Positions 9,822 through 21,063 are shown, counted from the stretch's first letter. The stretch: DNA of 64,000 nt from an uncultured delta proteobacterium (GCA_963804955.1 CAWDSQ010000014.1:128001-192000), one strand, 5' to 3'. The notes: generated from the sequence alone by a model not told the origin. Made by a program: numbers and translations.

Positions 9822-11933
9822 TTATTTCGCAAAAAAGCCCTTGTTCCTGTTGCGCTCCCGCAATTCGCCGATCTTGCCCTTGTTCCAGCTGGAAATCTTG
9901 GTGAAGTAGCCGGTTATGCGGGTTATGCCATCCACTTTGTCCGACCCGCAATGCGGACAGGTCGGCTGAAGGCCGCGAACGGTTCTGCCGCAGGCAAGGC
10001 AGTTGGTAAACTCCGGTGAAAACGCTATCTGGTCATTCTGCGTTTCGCGGAAAACCTTGATAACAAAGTTTGCCAGCGACTCCTTTGCCGGCTTCGACTC
10101 GCCAAGCCAGATATGGGTGATGGAGCCTGCCTCAATCAGGGGATGGAAAAGCCCTTCGGTGCGAACGCGCTCAATGGGATTTTCGCTTGACCCCACAGGC
10201 AGGCAGGTAGAGTTGGTATAGTAAATATGGCCTGTTGCGACATCGCCGCGCACGAAGTTCTGCGCATGATCGCGATAGTCGCGCAGATCGAGCTTGGCAA
10301 AGCGGTAGGCCGTGCTTTCGGCAGGTGTCTGCTCGAGCACGAAATGCATATTATACATCTCGCTGTACTTTTTGCACAGCAGGCTCATCTCGGAGATGAC
10401 CTTGAGCCCGAATTTTATGGCCCGCTTTGATTCCTGCAGACCCTCGCCCGTATGTATTTTTACAAGCTCGTTCAGGCCGACCATGCCGATCAGGTAGGAA
10501 GCCCGGTGCATGCGCAAATACGGCGCACCGTCGGTCGCCATGGTCAGCAGTGCAAGGGGCCCTGTATCGCCAAGGGCGAGCAGGCTTTCGATAAAATACT
10601 TCTTCTGCAGATGGGCCTTCACGGCAAGCTCCATCATGGTGCGCAGGCTGTTAAAAAGGGCCGTATCATTGCCCTTGCTGCGGTACCCGAGGCGCGGCAG
10701 ATTGACCGTCACATTCTGCAGCGCGCTGAAGCGCATCTTCCAGGGCGACTTGGCATCCTCGATATCGCTTGCATTGAGCTTGAAGCTCAAACGGCAGCAC
10801 TCCGATATTTTTGCAGTCTCGCCGCGGTCGAAAACAAAATAGGTTGTGCCTTTTTCGCTTGCCACATCGCAGATATGATGCAGGAAGTCCTGCCATCCTT
10901 CGGTGCGGAAAAGCTTTTCAGTAATATGCACCAGCGGCTTGGGGAAGAAAAAAGGCCGGCCCGTGCCATCGCCTTCCTTGTACACGTCAAACAGCGCCCA
11001 GACAAATCGCTGCGCCTCCTTTTCATACTCGCCGTAGGTCTTGCCCGTAAATTCACCGCCCGGCCCGATGGCGGGCACATTTTCAAAATGTTTGGGCACT
11101 TCCCAGTACAGGTTGATGTCGGTAAATATGGCCTGACCGCCCCGCGCCACGGCCTGCTGCGAGAATTCATATATCAGCATCTGCGCAAGCTGTTTGACCT
11201 CGCGGTCGCTCCGGCCTTCAAGATAGGGGGCAAAAAAGAGATTCACGGCGTCCCAGCCGATGGCGCCGGCAAAATGGCTCTGCAGGGCAGCGGCAAACTT
11301 TACCATATGCGCCAGCAGCACTTCAGGCTGCCGCGCGGGCTTGGCAATGGACAGAGAATTGGGCAGGCTCAGGCCGAAACGCTTTATATACTCAAGGGAC
11401 TGGCCCGAGCAGTATGGCCGGTCGATGAAGCCGAGGTCGTGCAGGTGAATGTCGCCGCGCATGTGCGCGTCGCCCACATCGGGGGTAAACACCTTGAGCA
11501 GGGCGTATTCCTTTTTAATGCCTTCGGCAAGGGTCAGATTGGTGGCCTCGGGGCCGTGAGGAACATTGGCGTTTTCCTTGTTGGGATGCAGGATCATCTG
11601 ATCCACATCGTAGAGCGGCACACCCAGGCGGGTATGTTTTTTGCGGGCGTCTTCAAGTCCGCATTCGATAAGCTTGGCATCAACCAGTTCGCGTATCAGC
11701 GGCGCGGTGACAAATTTTATGCCTACCTTGACAATAATTTCCTCAACCTCAAGGCTTATTCGCTCCGCAACATCATCGGGCACATCAGCCTCGCGAACCA
11801 TGGCATCAACGATTTTCTGCCGATCCCAGCCCGCAAGATTATCGCTCGAAGTCCTGACTAACAGGGCTAGATCCGTGGTTTCATGAAAATCCACAGGCGT
11901 CTGCCTCTCTTTTAGCTCAACCAGAGACCCCAT
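9822..11933 (-). CDS. nrdD: Class III anaerobic ribonucleoside-triphosphate reductase
   Basis: N-terminal ATP cone, IHLHDL, SECCRL finger loop, TPAES, YYTNS, Zn CxxC..CxxC, glycyl-radical RITGY. Confidence 0.96.
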   Translation of the reverse strand: MGSLVELKERQTPVDFHETTDLALLVRTSSDNLAGWDRQKIVDAMVREADVPDDVAERISLEVEEIIVKVGIKFVTAPLIRELVDAKLIECGLEDARKKHTRLGVPLYDVDQMILHPNKENANVPHGPEATNLTLAEGIKKEYALLKVFTPDVGDAHMRGDIHLHDLGFIDRPYCSGQSLEYIKRFGLSLPNSLSIAKPARQPEVLLAHMVKFAAALQSHFAGAIGWDAVNLFFAPYLEGRSDREVKQLAQMLIYEFSQQAVARGGQAIFTDINLYWEVPKHFENVPAIGPGGEFTGKTYGEYEKEAQRFVWALFDVYKEGDGTGRPFFFPKPLVHITEKLFRTEGWQDFLHHICDVASEKGTTYFVFDRGETAKISECCRLSFKLNASDIEDAKSPWKMRFSALQNVTVNLPRLGYRSKGNDTALFNSLRTMMELAVKAHLQKKYFIESLLALGDTGPLALLTMATDGAPYLRMHRASYLIGMVGLNELVKIHTGEGLQESKRAIKFGLKVISEMSLLCKKYSEMYNMHFVLEQTPAESTAYRFAKLDLRDYRDHAQNFVRGDVATGHIYYTNSTCLPVGSSENPIERVRTEGLFHPLIEAGSITHIWLGESKPAKESLANFVIKVFRETQNDQIAFSPEFTNCLACGRTVRGLQPTCPHCGSDKVDGITRITGYFTKISSWNKGKIGELRERNRNKGFFAK

Positions 11934-11976
11934 AAGCTCACCCCCTTTTATATATCGGTCATTTTGTATGAGACTT

Positions 11977-12006
11977 TATATAAGCCACAAGATATGGGGC
12001 TGTCAA
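11977..12006 (-). promoter_or_regulatory. sigma70 promoter of the nrd operon with an NrdR-box-like site in the spacer
   Basis: TTGACA (12006-12001) then TATATA after 18 bp; CCACAAGATATGGGGC (11985-12000) resembles the NrdR box. Confidence 0.55.
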
Positions 12007-12353
12007 GGGGTATTTATTTAATATTTTTAAGCACTTTGCTGCTGCAAAAAAACAACTTTATTTTCAAAAGGTTTTACAATTAGTTAGAAATCCTAAGCAA
12101 AAAAATTCCTTGAAGAAAAAAAATGCCGTTTCTGGCATAACTCGACAGGATTTTGAAACTATTTAAATCTCAACGTGTTTTTAAGCTTTAAAATCAATAA
12201 AAAGATACGATGCAACATCTCAAAGCCTTGAAAAATAAGGCTCAAAGCTGCATAGATGAAAAAAGATGCAGGTTTAGAGTTCCGGACAAATAAAAAAACA
12301 ATGATTAATCAAATTGTTAGTAAACTCGAGCAAAAAAGTTTGGGTTAAGCATA

Positions 12354-12380
12354 AAAAAAACCGGCAAAGCCGGTTTCTTT
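12354..12380. terminator. Intrinsic terminator hairpin
   Basis: AAACCGGC-AAA-GCCGGTTT flanked by A/T runs. Confidence 0.5.
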
Positions 12381-12603
12381 ACAGACAAACAGGCTGCTCA
12401 TGGCATGCTCAACGATTATCAATGAGGCAAGCCGGCACAGCCGCATATATATAAAATATTGAAAAAACTTATTTATTTTAAGAAGGTGTTTTTTTGATAA
12501 AGAATCCACTAACAAAAATATGTTTGAGCGTTCTTGGAAATGCATCCGGTGCTGAGCAAGACTTCACTGCTTGAGCAGCGCCGTTTTGCGGTTTTCTGCC
12601 CGA

Positions 12604-12978
12604 TTATTGCTTCTTCCTGTATCTGAACCCTACGCAATCAAATGAAAGTTTCTCGCAGTCATCCAAATATTTGAAGGTTATCAGACCGGCCATGGCAAAC
12701 CCGCGCCCTTTGGAATCATCGCACTCATTGGAAAATTTAATCCACGGTCCGAACTTTGAATAGTTCATGCTTGCCTGCACATCATAATGCTCCGTCTCTA
12801 CCGTTGCCGTAAGATCCGTATAAAAAGCCACGAAGGCTGAATCCTGGACGGAGTAGCCGATATCATCAGGCTTGGTAATCACACAATTACAATAATAGTT
12901 GGCATCGCGCAGATACTCTGTGTCCATGGCAAAGCCGAGCGTCGGCACAAGCAGCAGCACAAGCAATATTTTTTTCAC
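12604..12978 (-). CDS. Hypothetical secreted protein
   Basis: Signal peptide MKKILLVLLLVPTLGFA; GGAGG RBS. Confidence 0.65.
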   Translation of the reverse strand: MKKILLVLLLVPTLGFAMDTEYLRDANYYCNCVITKPDDIGYSVQDSAFVAFYTDLTATVETEHYDVQASMNYSKFGPWIKFSNECDDSKGRGFAMAGLITFKYLDDCEKLSFDCVGFRYRKKQ

Positions 12979-13232
12979 ATATCCTCCTCCCGTGGATTAC
13001 TTTATAATCACCTCGTATGACAACAAGCAAGCTTATGCTTCAGTTTGTAACTAAAGTATAACAGAAAAAAGCTTACTATGAAATACCGGAAGCTGCACTT
13101 TGACGGGTTTTTCTTCTGCCGCCCGCGCATATTAAAATTTACATCAGACGCAGGTGATGCTACCCTCGCATGCGGCTGATGCATAACGCGATACAGTATC
13201 AGTTCAACAAACTCACCAGCAGGGGAGTACCC

Positions 13233-13973
13233 GTGGAAACAAAGAAAAAATTTTATGCCGTGGCGAGAGGCCGCAACACGGGCATATTTACGGCATGGTT
13301 CGGACCCGGCGGCGCTGAGGCGCAGATAAAAGAATTTCCCGGAGCCCGTTACAAGGGGTTCCCCACTATTGAGGAGGCCCGCCTGTGGCTGACTGAAATG
13401 ACGGCCGGGAGCCCGCATACCCAAAAACCAAAACCCGAAGCCAAAAAAAGCACTCCTGCAAAGGCCGCCCATGAGCCTGAGCCTTCTGACGGACGAATCA
13501 TTATATACACCGACGGCGGCTGCAGTTTTAACCCGGGTCCTGGCGGCTATGGCGCAGTGATTCTTGATGGCGATGCACGGCAGGAACTTTCTGGCGGGTT
13601 TCGTCTCACCACCAATAACCGCATGGAGCTGAGCGCCTGCATTGAAGGGCTCAAAGCCCTGCCAGCCCCTGCATCGGTTACCCTGATCTCGGATTCAAAG
13701 TATGTAGTGGACGGCGCAACAAAAGGGTGGGCAAAAAAGTGGCGCAAAAACGGATGGATGCGCACGGCAGCTGAGGCGGCTGAAAACTATGACCTGTGGG
13801 ATAAGCTTCTTGATCTGTGCGAAAAGCACAGCGTTAAATTTGTATGGGTGAAGGGGCATGCAGGCAATACGGAAAACGAGTGCTGCGACCGGCTCGCCAC
13901 CACCGCAGCAGCAGGCAAAAACCTGCCTGCCGACACGGCCTATGCAAACAAAAAAACCAGGATTAAACAGTAA
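13233..13973 (+). CDS. rnhA: Ribonuclease HI with an N-terminal hybrid-binding (viroplasmin-like) domain
   Basis: KFYAVARGRNTGIF...YKGF; YTDGGC, TTNNRMEL, DSKYV, WVKGHAG, NECCD. Confidence 0.93.
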   Translation: METKKKFYAVARGRNTGIFTAWFGPGGAEAQIKEFPGARYKGFPTIEEARLWLTEMTAGSPHTQKPKPEAKKSTPAKAAHEPEPSDGRIIIYTDGGCSFNPGPGGYGAVILDGDARQELSGGFRLTTNNRMELSACIEGLKALPAPASVTLISDSKYVVDGATKGWAKKWRKNGWMRTAAEAAENYDLWDKLLDLCEKHSVKFVWVKGHAGNTENECCDRLATTAAAGKNLPADTAYANKKTRIKQ

Positions 13974-14106
13974 TGCTTGTCCTGCGGACACGATCCCTGA
14001 ACTATCGCAGAGGCCAATACCCTGTACATGAAAGCATCTATCAGACAAAGCCGGCCTGCTGCAGGGCCCGTGATGAAGAACGTGGCGATTTTTCCCGGGA
14101 TGTACT

Positions 14107-15288
14107 CTACCTGCAGCCCGCAGCAGCAGTACCCCTTTTATCGTGCCGCAGGGCTATCATCGCGCCTGCCGCCATGGATGCAACCGCACAGACATTGAAT
14201 GCCGCAAGATAATTCCGGTAATAATCAATAACAAAACCCAGGCCAAAGGCAAAGGCCATCATGCCGCCGTTAAAAACGGCTGAAAAAACGGCATTGGCCC
14301 TGCCCCGCTCCTGCTGCGGCGCAAGATTGACCACATGGGCATTAAGCACCGGATACAGCAGGCCATGCGTGATGCCATAGAGAATGCCCACCGTCACAAG
14401 CCACGCAACAGTCCCGGGAAAGTTCAAAAGCATATTCATCACTGCTCCCGCAAAAAAAGCCCCCGCAACCAGAAGATGCGTCCGTGCCGCTGCGATACGC
14501 TTCATGAAAAAAAGCCTGATGCCTATCAGCACGGCAGTATAGGTTACGAAAAACCACGAATAGTTGAGAATCGTATCGGTTCTGATGAAGTTGGGTAGAA
14601 AGGTAATAATAATGCCGAAGCCGCCACCAAAAATAAATGTCGCCATCATATAAACGGCAAATGCCGGCTGTCTGAAAAGAAGCCACGTGCTGCTGCGAGT
14701 TTCCCTGACGGAGGATTGCGCCGGGATGGGCCGCGGCATGCAAAAGGTAAGCGCGAGGCTTGCGGCTACAAAGGCGCATGACAGCATGAAGAGAACATGG
14801 TGAGGGCTGCCCCGGTTCAGGAGAAATTCACCCACAGCCGGACTCACGGCATTGGTGATGGCGCCGGTGATGCCGTAGATGCCGATGGCCTCGGTTGCAT
14901 CCTCCGGGTTTACACTCTCAAACACGATGGTGGTGCCCATGATCATGGCAATTGAAAACCCGATGCCGTGCAGCACCCGTATGAACGGTATATACCAGGC
15001 AAGCGAGTCGATACAAAGGTACGCGCCATACGTGAACAAAAGCAGGACATAGCCCTGCCGGAGCATGCGCACCCGGTCATGCCCCCTGATCAAAGAGCCC
15101 AGGGCAAAAGCGGCTATGATGAGGAACACCTTGTCGATATTATTAATGATGCCGATATAGGTTTCCGTTGCGCCCAGATTCTTCAGATAGACCGGCAGCA
15201 GGATGAAAAATGAATTCCCGAGAAAGAAGAACAGGTTGGCAAGCGACACAAAATAAAATATGGGCGCATATTTCCTCTTCGTCATCAT
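14107..15288 (-). CDS. MFS transporter
   Basis: About 12 hydrophobic helices; IRVLHGIG and ERGRA motifs. Confidence 0.85.
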   Translation of the reverse strand: MMTKRKYAPIFYFVSLANLFFFLGNSFFILLPVYLKNLGATETYIGIINNIDKVFLIIAAFALGSLIRGHDRVRMLRQGYVLLLFTYGAYLCIDSLAWYIPFIRVLHGIGFSIAMIMGTTIVFESVNPEDATEAIGIYGITGAITNAVSPAVGEFLLNRGSPHHVLFMLSCAFVAASLALTFCMPRPIPAQSSVRETRSSTWLLFRQPAFAVYMMATFIFGGGFGIIITFLPNFIRTDTILNYSWFFVTYTAVLIGIRLFFMKRIAAARTHLLVAGAFFAGAVMNMLLNFPGTVAWLVTVGILYGITHGLLYPVLNAHVVNLAPQQERGRANAVFSAVFNGGMMAFAFGLGFVIDYYRNYLAAFNVCAVASMAAGAMIALRHDKRGTAAAGCR

Positions 15289-15327
15289 GCTACCGCCGCA
15301 GAGTGCGAAAGTTGGGTATCTGGAGCA

Positions 15328-15750
15328 TCACCGGGCCGCCGGTTCCAGTTCCGATGTGCAGTGCGGGCACCGGGTTGCTTTGACCGCAATATTGGAGCAG
15401 CACCGGGGGCATTCCTTTGTCGTCGGGGCGGCCTCCTGCAGCATGAGCCTGCTGGCCTTATTGACAGCCTGAATAAGCATGAAAATCGCAAAAGCCACGA
15501 TCACGAAATCGACAACGGTTTGCATGAAAGCGCCGTATTTAAGGGCCGCCGCTTTGTCGCTTGCGCCCAGCTTGAGAACCAGATCGGAAAAATTCATACC
15601 GCCGAGCAGCATGCCGATCGGCGGCATGATAACATCGTTGACCAGAGAGGTGACTATTTTGCCGAAAGCACCGCCGATGATGATGCCGACGGCCATGTCA
15701 ATAAGGTTTCCGCGAAGGGCGAAGGTTTTAAATTCTTTGAGTATCTCCAT
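15328..15750 (-). CDS. mscL: Large-conductance mechanosensitive channel with a C-terminal CxxC..CxxC tail
   Basis: [42 protein letters not shown]; tail KECPRCCS...RCPHCTSEL. Confidence 0.95.
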   Translation of the reverse strand: MEILKEFKTFALRGNLIDMAVGIIIGGAFGKIVTSLVNDVIMPPIGMLLGGMNFSDLVLKLGASDKAAALKYGAFMQTVVDFVIVAFAIFMLIQAVNKASRLMLQEAAPTTKECPRCCSNIAVKATRCPHCTSELEPAAR

Positions 15751-15784
15751 TGGCTGCCTGCTTCATAAAAGGTATTGTATACAA

Positions 15785-17104
15785 TCAGATATCTTTCAAA
15801 CACGCGTTTTCCGGGGCTTGTTCAATCCGGCTTTTAAACGCGGCAAGCCGCCGCTGCAGCTCATCAAGCTCCGGGCTTTGGGCCATATGAACGGATGAAA
15901 CGCCATACCCTTCAAATGCTTCTGTCACAGCTGCAAGGGTCAGGTCGGCCGTGCTTTTTGCGGGGCGGTAAAAGACCGCGTCGCCATCGCTATCCTGCGT
16001 TCGGGCAAGCATGCCGCAGGCGACAAGATCGTCAAGGAGCCCCTGCAGGAGGCGCCGTGGAACCTCAAGCAGGGCTGCCAGGCCGTCAGCCGTTGGCGGC
16101 TGCTCGCCGCGTTCAAAATTTTTGACGACCACCTGTACTGCCCGCAGGGCAAGCACTTTTTTGACGACGCTACTCACCGCCCACTGATCGGTATCATAGT
16201 CATAAATATGCACCGCCTGACAGGCCCAGGAAATAGCGGCCCCGAGCAGCACGATGGTCCAGCTGGTCTGGAGCCAGACCAGAAACAGGGGAAGCGCGGC
16301 AAATCCGCCATACACGGCATTGTAGCCGGCAATGCCTATTTGAAATTTTATATATATCCACTGCATAACCTGGTAGGCAGTACCTGCTATGATGCCCGCA
16401 ATCAGTCCCGGCACAAACCTGACCCGGGTATTGGGCATGAAGAGATACAGAAAGCTGAACAAAGCCCATATAAAACAATACGGCAAAAGCCCCAGGCCTG
16501 CCGCAATAAGCGGGCCGGCGCTTTCAAGCAGCGCCAGTTTTTTCGCGATAAGCTGCGCTTCGGCGGCAATGGTAACGGTGAGGCTGCCGGCCAGAATGAC
16601 CAGCATCGGACAAATAAGCATCGCTGACAGGTAGTCTGAAAATTTGCGGTTCAGCGAGCGTGCCCTGCCCACACCCCAGATTGCATTGAACGCATCCTCG
16701 ATATTGCCGAGCATCTTAATGACAGTCCAAAGCAGGGCCGCAATGCCGATACCCGCCACAACTCCGCCCTGCGTGCTTTCAATCATGGCGTGGGCGAATT
16801 CAATTATGCGCTGCACAGCCTCCTGCTGGCCCTGGAGGTTGTCAAGCAGCTGCCGCTCCAGAAGCGCCTCAACCCCGAAGCCCTTTGCAATCCCGAAAAT
16901 CAGGGCAGCAACGGGCACGATTGAAAGAAGGGTGAAATACGTAAGCGCCGATGCTTTCTGCTGAAACTGCGTCCGGATGAGCACGCGGGCCGATAGCACA
17001 GCAACCCGGGCAGCCCTGAGCCATAGGGCACGAGCCCCATGGAAATCTTTCAGAGCTAAAGTCCAGATACCCTCGGAAAAATAGGAAATAATCTTTTCAA
17101 GCAT
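15785..17104 (-). CDS. YihY/BrkB-family membrane protein with a C-terminal HTH
   Basis: ASALTYFTLLSIVP, IEDAFNAIW, YNAVYGGFAALPLFLVW. Confidence 0.88.
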   Translation of the reverse strand: MLEKIISYFSEGIWTLALKDFHGARALWLRAARVAVLSARVLIRTQFQQKASALTYFTLLSIVPVAALIFGIAKGFGVEALLERQLLDNLQGQQEAVQRIIEFAHAMIESTQGGVVAGIGIAALLWTVIKMLGNIEDAFNAIWGVGRARSLNRKFSDYLSAMLICPMLVILAGSLTVTIAAEAQLIAKKLALLESAGPLIAAGLGLLPYCFIWALFSFLYLFMPNTRVRFVPGLIAGIIAGTAYQVMQWIYIKFQIGIAGYNAVYGGFAALPLFLVWLQTSWTIVLLGAAISWACQAVHIYDYDTDQWAVSSVVKKVLALRAVQVVVKNFERGEQPPTADGLAALLEVPRRLLQGLLDDLVACGMLARTQDSDGDAVFYRPAKSTADLTLAAVTEAFEGYGVSSVHMAQSPELDELQRRLAAFKSRIEQAPENACLKDI

Positions 17105-17355
17105 TCCGGCCTTCTTTCGTTTTTATCTGTGAAATCCTGCCACTGCAACAGGGTTTATGTTCCTTTTTAAAAAAAATTATGGTGTAAACAGACCCGAATT
17201 CTGTTTATACAATATAGTGCAAAAAATTTTTCATTTAAACACAAAACAGCTCCCATGTTTATTTTTAAAGCTTTGTCCCCGTCACGCAATAGCCATACAA
17301 CGGAATCAACCTCTCCTCAAACTGCGGAGCTTTTTACCCATACAAGCATAAGAAG

Positions 17356-17392
17356 CAAAAGCCGGCCCTGTTCAGGGCCGGCCGTTATTTTT
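17356..17392. terminator. Intrinsic terminator hairpin
   Basis: GCCGGCCCTG-TT-CAGGGCCGGC with flanking A/T runs. Confidence 0.6.
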
Positions 17393-17596
17393 TACTAGCA
17401 TACAGATAGAGAAAGATGTCTTTATTTAAAGCGCCTATGCACTGCGCTTCATATAGTACAGCATTCAAACTCCTCTCATGGTCGGTCTGCCCGTTGCTGC
17501 CACAGCCCGAGTGTGTGTTTCATGCATCGCCACGTACGTTGCCTTCGCCTTCACGATGGACTGAAATGCAGGCTGAGCCCGGCAAGTGAGCAACAC

Positions 17597-17911
17597 TTAT
17601 TGAAAGCTCGAGGAGCAGATGCGGCTTTTAAGCCAGCCGGCACGGCTTACGGCATCAATCTCTGCAAGCAGTTTATTCTTCTCCGCCTTCAGTTCTTTAA
17701 TCCTTGCCGGCGACAGATCCTTAACGCCCAGAAGCTCAATTTCGACCTTTCGCAAACGTTCCTCCAGGGTAAAGACGACATGCCCCATCTTTTCCCTTTG
17801 CAGATCCTGCCGTTTCCCGTCACACAACCAGCTGATACAGGCGCCAATAGCGGTCGAAATGGCTATGACAATTTCTTTGCCGGTTTGTTTAGCTGCAATG
17901 AGGTTTGCCAT
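17597..17911 (-). CDS. Small hypothetical protein with a coiled-coil-like region
   Basis: GGGGAG RBS before ATG 17911; heptad-like LEERLRKVEIEL...LKAEKNKLLAEI. Confidence 0.5.
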   Translation of the reverse strand: MANLIAAKQTGKEIVIAISTAIGACISWLCDGKRQDLQREKMGHVVFTLEERLRKVEIELLGVKDLSPARIKELKAEKNKLLAEIDAVSRAGWLKSRICSSSFQ

Positions 17912-18615
17912 GTTCGTGCGTCTACTCCCCTTTTGGTCCGTATACATGTCTGAATTTTATCAGCAAAACAGTTCCCGTCATTGATCGGTTGTTTCTGTTC
18001 ATTGAGCCGCAGTATCGGGAAGCAAACTGAAACCCGCCCCATACTCACGGATCTATTCGACGAACTGCATATAAGGCACTATTTTACAATCTTTTAAAAA
18101 CCCATTTTAAATAGAGCAACGGCCCCTGAACTGGAGCACATGTTTACTGTTTGTACGTATCAAAACAAATACACATACTGTGCCAACAAAAACACTACGC
18201 TTGTCATCAAAGGATAGCAAACATGAAAACCGTTTGCCGGTTTCTATAATTGCACTGAAAAAACTTATCTTTTCTTTAGAGCGCTCGAAAACCAGGCATC
18301 TTTTTTTTATAGATATATGAAATCAAATCAGAAAGTTACTCATAGCAATCTGGGGTTTCATCAAAAATGTGTTCAAAATGAACAATTTATAACTAAAAAT
18401 GTTTAGTCAAAATGAGCATGAGCGACATAGTCAGCTGCCAAACCGAATGTCTAGCAGATCTTGCCGGTTTGCCAGTACGATGCTGCGCAGAGGAGGGGGA
18501 CTTCTACCTATGGGGGGGGATAAAAAGGCTTTAAAAAATGTATATTAATTTCATATGCGGTCAGATTTCATGCATGAAGCATAGCCAGCCTGAAACACTT
18601 CTGGCCAAATGCCCC

Positions 18616-19326
18616 TCACCTTGAGAACACATTATATTTCACAATGCACCAGATTGCTCTGCAACCGTCTTTCCATCCGATTTTTTTTCCTTCTTCATAT
18701 GTCCGGCCATAATATGAAATACCGACTTCATAAATAGGTATTTTCATCTTCGCAATTTTAGCTGTAATTTCCGGTTCAAAACCGAATCTATTTTCCTGTA
18801 TGGATATTGACTGAATGACTTCTCGCTTGAAAACCTTATAGCAGGTTTCCATATCAGTCAGATTGATATTCGTAAACATATTTGAAAGGGTTGTTAAGAA
18901 TCTATTGCCAACAGAATGCCAGAAGTAAACAACGCGATGTGCCCCGCCGCTTATAAACCTGGATCCAAAAACGGCAGCAGCCTTTCCGGAAAGCAGCGGA
19001 GCCAGCAGGATCGGGTACTCCTCAGGATCATACTCAAGGTCGGCATCCTGAATGATGACATAATCACCGGTAGCGGCAGCGATGCCGGTCCTCAAAGCAG
19101 CGCCCTTCCCCTGATTGACTGCGTGGTAGCACACTTTATCTACCAGACTTGCAATAGTGTTTTTCAAGAGCTCAGTCGTGCCGTCAGTTGAACAATCATC
19201 CACGATGATGATTTCCTTATGGGGGACAGGCGCAGCTTTGACCGCATCTACTAGTGCTCGAAGAGTATCAATCTCATTGTAGCACGGAATAATGACGGAA
19301 AGCGTTATGCTGTTTAATGTTTCCAT
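18616..19326 (-). CDS. GT2 glycosyltransferase (DPM1-like)
   Basis: [45 protein letters not shown]. Confidence 0.92.
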   Translation of the reverse strand: METLNSITLSVIIPCYNEIDTLRALVDAVKAAPVPHKEIIIVDDCSTDGTTELLKNTIASLVDKVCYHAVNQGKGAALRTGIAAATGDYVIIQDADLEYDPEEYPILLAPLLSGKAAAVFGSRFISGGAHRVVYFWHSVGNRFLTTLSNMFTNINLTDMETCYKVFKREVIQSISIQENRFGFEPEITAKIAKMKIPIYEVGISYYGRTYEEGKKIGWKDGCRAIWCIVKYNVFSR

Positions 19327-19746
19327 TGAATGCCATTCCTTCGAAAATGAACGTGCTTAAAAAGTATGTGGCGCGCTTTGCTGCAAGCATTTCGGGATAA
19401 ATAGTCCCATTTCAAACCACTTTACTGCCTCTGTGGGTTTGTCCCGAAGTAAATCATAGCCGGGGTTTCCCTGTCAAGGCTTTGGTGCCACCGCTTTCTG
19501 GCTGAACGTATATATAAACGATAGTCTTTTTTTAACCTCCGCTATTGATCAATAGGCATTATGATGGATGTCCTCATATCAGATACTTTCCCGGAACTGT
19601 TCAATAATGCCAGTGTCTCTCCACCGGCCCTTGCCGTCCATGCTGATTCCAATGCCACTGGAGCTAAGGCTCCTCGGGTAAAGGCCTCTGCGGTGAAGCG
19701 GCGGCTGTCCCAAATATCGACCGTATGCGAGAACCTGTATGAAGCA

Positions 19747-21063
19747 TCAGGAGAGAGTGGGCCCCGGCTTCTTCTTTAAGAGCAGAAGCACCCCCATAAG
19801 CCCGCTTACTTGAAAAGCGATAAGATTCATCAGACTGTGACGCTCCACTTCCATTGCATCAGCATGGTAGACCAACAGGGCATTGAATAAAAAAGCTGCA
19901 ACAATAAAAAAAGGGACGCAATACAGGATATTTCTTTTTTTATTTTTGAAAAAAACATATAGCGCTAAAATAATAGCGGAATATTGATTTATCAATAAAA
20001 AAACAACCATAAAAAATGTATCTATGAGGACATTCACCGGGGCATTCTGTTTATAGTTTTCGTATGTGTAGAAAATCAGTCCAAATGAAATAATTTCCTC
20101 CTTTGCTGAAAATGGCGAAAAAAATGTATACGCAGGATGCGTCAACAGAAAAAGCGCATATGTGCGGGAACCCTTTGTTCGGGTCCAGTCCATGAAGCGT
20201 TCATACTGAGGATCCGCATACAGCTTAAGCCCCTCTGAACTTGCCCATTCTCGCTTCCATGAAAGAATATCAGAATCCACGGGCATGCCGTGCTCGATAA
20301 ACCAGTCGGTATATTGCTTATCAATGAGCACTCTTTGCAACAGCACATTAATCAACGGAAACTGGTGGCGCAAACCCTGATAGGATGAAAGCGATTGAAG
20401 TCCGCATATGATGACAGCAAAAAGAACATATATGGCCGTCTTTTTCTTGAGTGCAGAGCTTTTATATAAGAATGTTGCGGCAAACAATAAGAGAGAAAAA
20501 AAAAGAATAACATAGGGCAGGTTGTCACGGGTAAAACTGAAAAAAAATGTACTGATTGCGAGCAAAAAAAATCGGAAAGGCGTGAGCTTTCTCAAATAAA
20601 AAATGAGCCCGGCCGTCCACAGGGCAAACAAAGAAAAAGAAGTCGATTCTGATCTCATCAAAAAATTCCATCCGGCAATATTCCACCAGAATTGAAAACT
20701 GAAAAAAAGCGTAAAAAATATGCTTCTGGACAGGTAATGAGTTGCCCATAGCGAGGCAGCAAGTCCGGCAAGTGCCCAGGCAATAATGGAGAGGGCCTTT
20801 TGCCCAAGCACAATAGTGTGCGGATTTGAACCTAACACCTTATACAGCAAATCTGTAGTGAATGGCCGGTCGGAAGTAAAAAAAGCCAAACTCCAGAGGG
20901 GCTTTTTTGAACGGTCGACAAACCCCTCCTGGTTTAAAACAGGAAAGCCTTGTAAAAAATTAAAATGATAGAGGCAGGCAATGCATAACAAAAAGGCCAC
21001 ATATATGAAAAAAAAATACCGTGCGCCGTCAGAAAATTTTTTGTTTTTTAGCAGGGAACTCAT
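19747..21063 (-). CDS. Polytopic membrane protein, probable GT-C-type glycosyltransferase
   Basis: Many TM segments with a periplasmic loop; adjacent to GT2 genes. Confidence 0.55.
   Translation of the reverse strand: MSSLLKNKKFSDGARYFFFIYVAFLLCIACLYHFNFLQGFPVLNQEGFVDRSKKPLWSLAFFTSDRPFTTDLLYKVLGSNPHTIVLGQKALSIIAWALAGLAASLWATHYLSRSIFFTLFFSFQFWWNIAGWNFLMRSESTSFSLFALWTAGLIFYLRKLTPFRFFLLAISTFFFSFTRDNLPYVILFFSLLLFAATFLYKSSALKKKTAIYVLFAVIICGLQSLSSYQGLRHQFPLINVLLQRVLIDKQYTDWFIEHGMPVDSDILSWKREWASSEGLKLYADPQYERFMDWTRTKGSRTYALFLLTHPAYTFFSPFSAKEEIISFGLIFYTYENYKQNAPVNVLIDTFFMVVFLLINQYSAIILALYVFFKNKKRNILYCVPFFIVAAFLFNALLVYHADAMEVERHSLMNLIAFQVSGLMGVLLLLKKKPGPTLS

Noticed and set aside
10452..11861. Long antisense ORFs (this one, 485-1585 and others)
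   Set aside because: These are shadow frames opposite well-supported genes and carry no recognisable motifs.
9822..11933. Intein or intron in nrdD
   Set aside because: The protein has normal length and continuous motifs.
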